Positions 36,394 through 47,600 of a stretch of DNA of 64,000 nt are shown here, piece by piece. The position numbers were made by a program, and so were the translations under genes. Position 1 is the first letter of the stretch, and each line of letters starts with the position of its first letter. The stretch is from Octopus sinensis (taxonomy: Eukaryota). The notes under the pieces are model-generated. The model was given only the letters and a program-made list of their open reading frames with translations. It was not told where the DNA came from and ran no database searches. The stretch covers positions 39,432,001 to 39,496,000 of the forward strand of contig NC_043015.1 of assembly GCF_006345805.1 (NCBI RefSeq), read 5' to 3'.

Positions 36394-39300
36394 TATTATT
36401 ATTGTTATTGTTATTGTGGTGGTGAGCTAGTAGAATTGTTAGCTGAACAAAGTGCTTAGCAGCATTTCACTGATCTCTGTGTTCTGAGTTCAAATTCTGC
36501 CAAGGTTGACTTTGCCTTTCATCCTTTCAGGGTAGGGGGGGGGTCTATAAAATAAAGTACCAGTCAAATACTGGGATCAAAAGTAATTGACTCAACTCAT
36601 TGCTGGCCTTGTGTCAAAATTAGAATTATCAATAAAAGATTGTTGTTTGATTCTTTTTCTTTTTTTTCTTTTTCAGATAGTTCAGATTCCAGTGATGGCA
36701 TTGATGATCAAGAAATAGAACTTTCGTGTAAGTTATCTTTCTATTTCAATTAAGAGAGAAACCAATTATCATCATCATCATCATCATCATCATTCAACAT
36801 CCATTTGCCATGCTGGCATGGGTTGGACAGTTTGACCAGAGCTGGCAAGCTGGAAAGGCTACACCAGACTCCAGTCTGATTTGACATGGTTTTCTATGGC
36901 TGGATGCCCCTTCCTAACACCAACCACTCTGTGAATGTAATGGGTGCCATCTGCATGACACCAGTATCTGCCATGTCTGCGATTTTGCTTGGCTTGACAG
37001 GACTTCTCCAGCACATCATATCGCCAAAGGTCTCAGTCACTAGTCATTGCCTCTGTGGAGCCTAAAGTTCAGAGATCATGCTTCACCACCTCATCCCATG
37101 TCTTCCTGGGTCTACCCCTATCACAGGTTCCCTCCACAGTTAGAGATTGGCACTTCTTTAAGCTGCCCTCATCCATATGCATCACATGACCATACCAGCA
37201 CAATTGTCTCTTGCACACCACAGTTTAGTAAAATAGCTTCATTAATTAATCTGGTGTTTGAAACATAAATTAACATGAGATTTTGATGGAATATTTTAAT
37301 TTAGACCATTTTAACACCGGAAGTTAAAAATCATAAAATCTGGGACACTCTCAGGCGAATTTGGTTTAAAATGGTTAAAATAATGCCATTCCTGTTGACA
37401 ACTTTTTTCACACACCTTCACTATTTTTAGATATTGTTTGTTCAATCACTCCCAAAATTTACCATTCCATCTTAAATTTTACATCTCTTCCATCACTTTC
37501 CCATCATTTCCTAAACATTTCTTCTGTTATTCCCCTATTATTACATACTTTTGGTAACTTTCAGGTTTTCCATATTTCCTTTTTGGTGTCTGAAATATTC
37601 GATATTTTACATGTCCCAATGTATTTTTTTTTTTGTTGGTGGTTCTGCTCTTAATAATTCAAACTTGTTAGTTTAGAGTCCATCTCGAAATGCTGTGATT
37701 TTCCAAGTAAACTCAGTGTTTATTATTTTTTCTTTTCAGTTACCGACAGATCTGATAACTGTTCTCTGTTAAAACACAGTGGTTTGTCTTTATCAATGGC
37801 CTCGTTGTATTCAGGTAACAACAACAACTCTGCTTCACTTTTAAACCATTGTTCAATCATTACTCACCATCACTTAGTCGCTGTTAATCATTTAGACACT
37901 CATCACCATCTCTCACTACCACTCATCACTCATTACTACCATCTTTGATAGTTAACCAATATTAAAATAATTCAGTTATTTATTAAAGATCCTATTTTTT
38001 TTAATAATGGGATGAAGTGTTGAAGGTTTGGGTAGTAGTATGACAGTGTACTTGATTGTGGTGTGGTAATAGTCTAGTGCAGTGCTTTTCAAACTATCTG
38101 ATGTAGAGTACTGGCATTCTTTTTTCCAATGTGCCAGGGACTGGTTATTATTTCTTAGTAATGTTAATTGATACCGGAAACAATATTTATAATGAATATT
38201 ATAAAAGTTGACAATTTTTTCTTATCTTATATTTATTTTGTAAACAAATAATACAATATTACATAAGCATTTTATAATGTTTCTTTCTTTCAGTTCTATA
38301 TATAAGAGATGAGGAATTATGCATATTATTTACATTCGACGGATATTTGTTTCAGCTGATATACCCTCCAGCCTTTTTCAGGTGTCTTAGGGAAATTTGG
38401 AACCTGGATTCTCATTCTTAAGGTATTTTTCGATATTGTTGTTATTATCATTGTTAGTATTTAGCTCACTGCTTGGAATCGAACTTGGAATCTTGGGGTT
38501 AGTAGCCTGCACTCTTAACCACTACGCCATGGCATATGGTGTACTGGTTAAGAGCGCTGGCTACTAACCCCAAGATTCCAAGTTCAATTCCAACCAGTGA
38601 CCTGAACACTAACAATAATAATAATAACATCGAAAAATACCTTAAGAATGAGAACCCAGGTTCAAAATTTCCCCAAGACACCTGATGAAGGCTGGAGGGT
38701 ATATCAGCCGAAATGTTGTGTTAACAACAAACAAGATGAGGACAAATATCCATCAAATGTAAATAATGTTTCTTTCTTTTCTGGAAACTCGCTGTGTACT
38801 GGCAGCTGATGGCTCATGGACCGGCACTGGTCCATGGACCACCACTTTGAGTAGCACTGGTCTAGTGTACTTGGTGATGTAGTATATTTGGTGATAGTAT
38901 GATCATGGTAGCCTGCACTACTAAGTAATATTTAGTGGCAGTAGCAATGTTTGTGTTGTAGTATGTAGTGGTTTTAGAATGTGTTGTCATAAGATTTATA
39001 CATAGTAGTAGTAGTGGCTTTGAATTAAATAACCAATTATTCTTTCATTCCTCGTTATCCTCAGCATAATTCCTCACTGATTACTGTAATTAATAAATTA
39101 TTCCCATGTTTCAGATGCTGACTTGTTCCAAAGACACACAGAAAAATCTAGGTGAGTGAATTCACTCTTGATTTTCTCTTTGATTCTATCACACACATAC
39201 TCACAGAAAACACACACACACACACACAAAATTTAATTCCATATACATTCATTCAGATCCGGCTTCTCTCACCTACCCTACAATGCCATTCTAAGAATAA

Positions 39301-41593
39301 ACAATAACATCATCTAAATCTCAAAGTTATGAGATAATGCAGGATTAATTTAAAATAATATGAATAGATAAGCATTATTTTTGACAGAGTAATCTGAACA
39401 CTAAATTAGAGTTGAGCAACAGCTAAGGCTTATATTTTCTAATCCTGTTTCTCAGTTGAGGAATTAAGTCTTCAGTTTGGTTAAGTTTTGCAACCCTTGA
39501 AGGGAATGCAACATTAGAACAGTGGTGTTCCAATCAATTTTAGGTTACCGTTTTTTACCCTTAACCCTTTCATTACCAACCTGGCTGAAACTGGCTCTGT
39601 AGTACAAATGTCTTGTTTTCATAAGTTCTGAATTAAAATCTTCCCGCAAACCTTAGTCACAATTTATGTTCCTAACACTAACTGAATAAAAACCAAGTCA
39701 TTTTACTAAATTCTTTGTTATATTTAAAATGAATTGAAAGAAACACAGAGCATCTCAAAATAAATATGGTAACGAAAGGGTTAAACATGTTATGGGACAT
39801 AATTATTAATGGGACTAATTACTACATTTGATTGTTGATAAAAGAGGCATATGCTAATAAGGTGCTCCTTATGCCAATAAGGGGTCCCTTCTTGACCATC
39901 ACTTAACAATAATTATTGACATCATGTTTATAAGACATAGGATGATTTTCTAGGTTGTGTTTTTTTTTTGGAAAAGGTGTCTTATCAGATATAGTATACT
40001 AGTGCTACTCTTTCATACTGGACTGGTCAACAGTAGCAATAGCAAGAATAAAACTGTTAAACTTGCACCTGTAATTCATTTGTTGATGTGTAAATTTGCA
40101 TAACTATTCTACCCATTCTCCCATGTGAAAATAAATGTAAAATCTGCAACAAAGAAACAATCCAACTTTAGCATCAGAATTTCTTGATAACTCTTTTTTT
40201 TTTATACATATATTATAAATTTCCAAGAAATATAATTTCTTTTTATCCATTTCAATTTTCTACTTGAATATCATTGTTGTTGTTATTCTTTTTTCTAGCT
40301 TCAGTTCAACAATGGACAGTAGTAACAGTCCACAAGTATCTGCAGAGTCTGTGGCCATCTCCCTACTTAAGAAGTTCTCCGAGAAGCAACTTCCTAAAGC
40401 ATCTGATTTGCAGTGGATGGTCTCAGAAAAAGATGCCCCACAAGCTGTAAGTTGTTTAAAATATTCACTACAAATTTCAGACCCAGAAGGGAGCAGATAA
40501 CCGGATAATGGTTTAAAGATGTGCATTAGCAACACTGCACCAGGTTCTTCACTCTCTGTAGATCAATCTATTTGATCGTTAATAGGTACAATGGTGAGGT
40601 ACAGCTTATGATTGTAAACAGCAGGAGCATTCTATAGTTGCTGAATGCTTCATTATTTAATATGTTGAGTTGAAATCCTCCCATGAGCCTGGAGAATGCA
40701 AAAGCTACTACAGCTGTCTTGAAGGTCTCCCCCTCTAAAATCCATCAGGCTAATCCACTAATCCATTGCTGGATCTCGGAAAATAGGCAAAGTTTGTAAG
40801 ATTTATGCATTTAATGAATATTTAAATTTTTAATTTCAACTTTCTTCTTTTTATGTCCTTCTTTGTTCTGTGGAATCAACCTTATTCTCTTTCCTTGCAG
40901 TTACTTCCATTACCAAATTCCTATCCTGTCTCTCCAGATGATGAATACACAGATCTACGAAACAGGGTAAGTTCAGGGTTTAATCCTGACCCTAATCCTA
41001 CTCAAAACCCAGAGCAATTCATTGGAACTCGCTACAGGATATTGGTCTCACTGACCAGCACAAACACACTAGATCAGCAAATAAAAGAAACTGGAATAGA
41101 TTTACCATTTTCAAAACTCCTGCGAACTGGCAGAATTGTCAACAACGCTGGGCGAAATGCTTAACGGCATTTAGTCTGTATTTATGTTGTGAGTTCAAAT
41201 TCCACCAAGGTCAACTTTGCCTTTCATCCCTTTGGGGTTGTTGAACTAAGTACCAGTTGAGCGCTGGGGTCGATGTAATTGACTTACCCCCTCCCCCAAA
41301 ATTGCTGGCCCTGTGCCAGAATTTGAAACCACTGTTGCAGCAAAATCAAAGAGTCAGATACAGCATGATGGCCTTGTGGTTACTCTTTACTCTTACTTGT
41401 TTCAGTCATTTGACTGTGGCCATGCTGGAACACCGCCTTTAGTCGAGCACATCGACCCCAGGACTTATTATTTGTAAGCCTAGTACTTATTCTATTGGTC
41501 TCTTTTGCTGAACCGCTAAGTTACGGGGATGTAAACACACCGGCATTGGTTGTCAAGTGATGTTGGGGACACACACACACACATATGTCGTAT

Positions 41594-41629
<36 letters not shown>

Positions 41630-41643
41630 GTATATATATGTAT

Positions 41644-41694
<51 letters not shown>

Positions 41695-44600
41695 GACGGG
41701 CTTCTTTCAGTTTCCACATGCCAAATCCACTCACAAGGCTTTGGTTGGCTCAAGGCTGTAGTAGAAGACACTTGCCCAAGGTGCCACGCAGTGGAACTGA
41801 ACCCGGAACCATGTGGTTCGTAAGCAAGCTACTTACCACACAGCCACTCCTACGCCTAAGAATATTTAGATTTATTCTTGGGAAGAAGAAATTTGGTTAA
41901 ATCTGTGGAAGTTGGCCTTGAAAGATGGTCTATATCAAAGCTGTCAAACCTCTGACAAAGATTAAAATAAGTCATTAATGCTGTTTGTGTGTAGGAAATA
42001 ACTGTATCTTAATCACATTTCTAATCTGCTTCTTTTGGTTTCTGTTTCAGACAAGGTTACGAGGCAATTTAGAATGGGCGCCGCCACGTTTCCAGATTAT
42101 TTTTAGCATCCACACTGTAACAAAGTAAGTAATTTTTTCTTGTCACTCCACAACGTATTTTCTTTGTAATTTTTGCTTTTATTTTCTGAAGGATTACACA
42201 AAGCAACAAAATTGTTAAGAAAAGCAGGGATTTCTCAGCTTCTAATAAATGAACTCTTCGTCTTCTTCTGTTGAGTACACTTCTTTGCTGTTTGTACTTC
42301 CAGAGACACACAGAGTAGCGTAGGGTAATTTTTTTCTACCTGGCCATCTCCTGTGAACTGCCCTACCCATAAATGCATGGGAGATGGACATATGATGATG
42401 ATGAAAGGCGGTTGCTGTATGTATGTATATACATGCACACACATACATTCATGCGCATATATTCTTTTATTCTTTTACTTGTTTCTGCCATTTGACTGCA
42501 GCCATGCTGGAGCACCGCCTTAAAGTCTATGTATTCTGACATCAAAACCTGTTGATTATCAGAAAATCTCTGACAGAATCTGACCGAAATATCCTACGTT
42601 GTTGCAATATTTACCATTTAACCTTCCACTTCCATGTCGAAAGTCTTTGTCCTTCTAATATCAATGTTTGCTTGTCGTATTACAGAAGAAATGTGGTCAT
42701 TCCCAAACAGAACTATCGATGTGCAGGCTGTGGAACTCGTGTGGAACCTGGTAAGACTTTGACTAAAACTCTTCTCTCTTCTACTGTGCTGCCACCTGAT
42801 GGCTGGTTGTATTATTCACTCCATGGTCAACTTAAAGGGTAATGGGTAAAGCCAACCTTTGGTCATGAATCACCCTGGTATTGCACCTAGAAAGTTAACC
42901 TCTGAGGCACGAGTCCAGGCAAGGTGGTTTTTGGAAGACCAGCAGTCACCCATCCATACCAGCTTCTCCTCTCCATGCCACTGAGTCTATCCAAGGGAAA
43001 TGCAAGAAGCCAATACAACTTGGCACCAATGATGTCATTATTATATTACAGGTATTGCAAGGTGGCAAGCTGGCAGAATGGTTAAGATGCTGGGCGAAAT
43101 GCTTAGCAGTATTTTGTCTGTCTTTATGTTCAGAGTTCAAATTCTACCGAGGTCAACTTTGCCTTTCATCCTTTCGGAGTCGATTAAATAAGTACCAGTT
43201 ACATACTGGGGATCGATGTAATCAACTTAATCCCTTTGTCTGTCCTTGTTTGTCCCCTCTGTATTTAGCCCCCTGTAGGCAATAAAGAAATAAATACATT
43301 ACAGGTATTGCTAATATAATGTAACAATAGCAACTGAAGAAAACAGACAGGTTGAAGATCTTTAAGAATAAAAGACATTTTCAAAATTTGTGAACAAAAA
43401 AATGGCCAGAAAATATACTCCAAAATGTCTTCTAAAGATTTCTTATTTCTGCCACATCCATGCAATATTTACAAACGCATCTTTAGGAAAGAACAACACC
43501 TGATCTGATTAATTGACACATCATGATGTATTTAGCAAAACAAATGTTTACACCTCAAATATTTGGACTAAATTCTCTTAATCAGAATACTTAATCTTGC
43601 TTTGTTGTCATTCCATTCCTATCTTCACTAAAACAATCTCAGACATTCCTTTATCTTAGCATCGGTCACTCATTAACGTCTCTTGTGTCGTTCCAGCCTA
43701 CATGAAGCGGTTTCGTTATTGTGAATATCTGGGCAAGTATTTCTGCCAATGTTGTCATACCAATGCCGCTGCTTATATTCCAGCCAGGATTCTACAGAAA
43801 TGGGATTTCACTAAGTACTATGTCTCCAAGTATTCTTCTGATCTTTTAACCAAAATTTTCCATGAACCCTTTTTCAATATCGAAGACATAAACCCAGCCT
43901 TGTATCGCAGAGTGAAGGTTCTAGACAATATTAAACAATATCGCCAACAGTTGATACATCTAGCGACACTCTTGAAAATCTGCCGACATGCAAGTATAAG
44001 GTGAGTGTCATCACTTTAGTCTCTTAATCCTTTCGTTACTGTATTTATTTTGAGATGCTCTGTGTTTTGTTCAATTAATCTTTATATATAAAAGTAAGGT
44101 TGTGTGTCTGTCTCCTACGATTTAGATTCCTAACTACTCCCACATTTTGCGGTGCAGTTTAACCAAAACCGGGTATCTTATAGTCGTGATTCATATCAAG
44201 CCCTTCTGGGTATTAGCACGCGTCTACGATGAGTCTACGATTTTGAAAAAAGTTTACCATCATTTTTTTCCATTTTAATGCATTTTTTTCGCTATTATAT
44301 AAGGGAAGTAACACTCTAAAAATGTCTACGATGAGTCAACGATTTAAAAAAAAATTTACCATAATTTTTTTTCCATTTTTAATGCATTTTTTTTCTATTT
44401 TTTGGCTATAACTCTCTAAAAATGCTTTATAGTTATTTCCCTTACAAACCCGAGCAACGCCGGGCAATACTGCTAGTTTTAAATATAACAAAGAATTTAG
44501 TAAAATAACTCAGTTATCATTAAGCTAGTGTTAGGGACATAAATTGTGACTAAGGTTTGGTGGAAGATTTTAATTAAAAACTTATGAAAACAAGACATTT

Positions 44601-47600
44601 GTACCACTGAGCCAGAGCCGGTTTCAGCTGGGTTAATCCATCTGGGATTTAGTCAGAAAGGAGATAACGGTAAGCACCATGCAATCATGGCAATAAAAGG
44701 TCAGGGGGTTAAATATGTTGCCTGATTTTATTTCACTGAAATCATATATTTTTTTTATGTGGAATAGCATGAACATCACAACTTGTCTACCTCTTGCTTA
44801 AAATCAATAGTACGAATGACCCGTTGATGGATAGTGTTGGGTTTGAACAATTTAAAGATTTACAAACTTTTTTTTGATTTTTGACTCTGTTCCACCTGTA
44901 AATATGATTCAATTAACAGAACATGTCATCGTTGGCTTAATGAATCTCTTTGTTGATTAGCTAAGAGGAAGTAAATCCTGAAGTATAAGTTAATTATTAT
45001 TGTCTCAATGTTTAATTAGGGTTGTGTTTGTAAGTCATTAACATATATTTGCATGACAATAAAATTATGAAGAAAAAAAACAAAACAATAAAAACATGAG
45101 ATAAAACAAACAAAACTTCATTTCTCTTTCTCCTTTCTATCATCAACACAGCAAAATGTTTAATTAGGGTGATAATTAACAGAACTCATTAGCCATATCT
45201 GTGTGACATAATGAAATTATATTTCTCTTTTTCAGTATTTACCCAGCAATAGAGAATTTGTCTGGTCATTTATTTCGAGAAGTTCATACCTATTCCATTG
45301 CTGACTTGCTTTTGGTAAGAACCTGCATACCATTCCTTCTGCTTTAACCAATTCTTTATGCAACAGAAAACACTAAACATATTAAAATTGACCATTTTAG
45401 AACTATTTTTCTCTAATACTTATCATATTTATCCTCATACTCCAACTCTCTGACTCGCAAACCTTTTCTTTAGCCGCTGTTTCAAGGGTTTCACTAGGTA
45501 TTGAACTTTTGCATTAATCTATTCAGCCATTAGACTGTGGCCATGCTGGAACACTGCCTCGAAGAACTTTTAGTTGAATGAATCAACTCCAGCACTTTTT
45601 TTTTAAGCCTGGTACTTATTCTATTGGTGTCATTTGCTGAACCGTTAAGTTATGGGGACGAGACTATGCTTAAAGTGGTTGGCCTTAGGAAGGGTGTCCA
45701 GCTGTAGAAATCATGCCATCGCAGGCAGTGAAGCTTGGTTTGTCAGATCCTGTCAAACCAGCCCAACCCATTCCAACATGGAAGACAGACATTAAATCAT
45801 CATCATCCAGTGTTCTAAATTCGGGTTTTGTCCCTCGTTAACAGGGGTAGCTGGATCTACCTCAATGCCATAGCAACCAAAGGTAGGCAGATGCAGCCCA
45901 CCCCAACCTTTGGGCTCGCTGATGCCCATTCTCCTTTGCTATCATGAGGCTTTTTTGGAGCTGGATTTTCTGTGGAGAGCATGCCTTTGCTATCCCCCAA
46001 CCTCAGTTTCTAGACACGAGTAGTCCTCAGACCAAGGCCTCCTTTGCTATCATGAGGCTTTTTTGGAGCTGGATATTCAACAAGGAGCACGCCCTTGCTT
46101 ACCCACAACCTCAGTTTCTAGACACGAGTGGTCCTAGACCAAGACCTCTGACCATGATTTTTAAGAAACGTGGTGGAAAACTAGCTCAAGAAGGCAAGGG
46201 TGCTACTCCCTAAGACCCCTTTCGGAGTCCGCTTACCTTATATGATGATGATTATATATATATATATAAATACACATACACATGCCTGCATACATACATA
46301 TAACAGGCTTCTTATGGTTTCTGTCTGCCAAATCCACTCACAAGGCTTTGGTCAGCACCAGGGTTATAGAAGACATTCACCTAAGGTGCCATGCATTGAA
46401 ACTGAACCTGGAACCATGTGTTTGGGAAGTAAACTTCTTACCACACAGCCATGCCTGTGCCTATACATCATTGATATTAAATTCAAATTACAATGAAAGT
46501 AAACAAAGTTTGAATCTCATGGCTGGACGCCAACACATTTGTCTGCAAAATATGGCTAGTTTATCCTGTCCATGCTGTATTATTAGCATTGTCTTGTGTT
46601 TGAGAATAAAATTATCTCCTTATCATTGATATTGGTTTGATATGTGATTGTTGTTGTTTTAAACACATCTTTGTTGTTGGATCAAACACAAATCCGTAAA
46701 ACGCTGCAAGGGGTTAGTCGAGTGTTTTTTAGTGCCATTGATTAGACAACTGCTCCTTGGTAACCGTGAAGGTTTCTGTAAATCTGCTGTTACAACTGTT
46801 TGAACTCTAAACCCTCATGACCATTGGTTACTCTGTTTGGTTTCAGGTGAAAAATGGTGAGTTATTAGCAATGTTGAAGAAATTTGTGACGAATGGCATC
46901 AACCATGTGAAAGAGTGTGAGGTAAGTTATTTCCTGAAACCCTTTCATTGATGTTTAATTGAGTTTGATTAATGTTAATAGGGAACAATCTTATATAATC
47001 ACTGGTTTCATGAATGATAACAAATTCCACCCCACTTCTCTGCCCTTCACCCTGATGGTGGTGGTGGAGGGGGGGGGGGCTGTGAACCAGTGATTGATCT
47101 GTGGGGGATCTTGGAACCAACAACAAACAACATTATTGTTTACAATTTATCTTTTATCCTTTACTTGTTTCAGTTATTGGACTGTGGCGAAGCGTTTATT
47201 TGAACAAATCGACCCCAGGGCTTATTTTTTTAAAAGCTGGACTTGTTCTATCAGCCTCTTTTCGCCAAACCACTAGGTTACACCAGCAGTCGTAGGGGAC
47301 AAACACACACACATGTGAAAGGTCATTTTCTGTTTACTAAATCCGCTCACAAGGCTTTGGTCAGTCTGAGGCTATCGTAGAAGACACTTGCCCAAGGTGC
47401 CACGCAGTGGGACTGAAGCAAACATTATACAGTGGTTGAGAAGCAAACATCATACAACGTGTTTTAATGATGTTCACTTCTATAGTTTATAGTAAAGTTG
47501 ACCAATAAATTGGTTCCAGTTTACAATGGGGTCCCGATGCAGTGTTGCTTAACCCTTTAGCATTTAAACTTGCCTCCATATCTGGCCTAAATATTCTGTT

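Larger units (their letters stand above)
38080..38859. mobile_element. hAT (Charlie-like) MITE hosting the foldback insertion
   Basis: Ends CAGTGCTTTTCAAACT / ACTTTGAGTAGCACTG; 8-bp TSD GTCTAGTG at 38072-38079 and 38860-38867. Confidence 0.85.

Noticed and set aside
38531-38605. Functional tRNA gene
   Set aside because: Acceptor stem does not close and the sequence continues into a repeat body; the heads at 10672, 17452, 35055 and 49542 are likewise SINE heads.
45944-46213. 89-aa ORF with a 36-aa internal repeat
   Set aside because: Explained by a 108-bp tandem duplication; no splice or expression signals.
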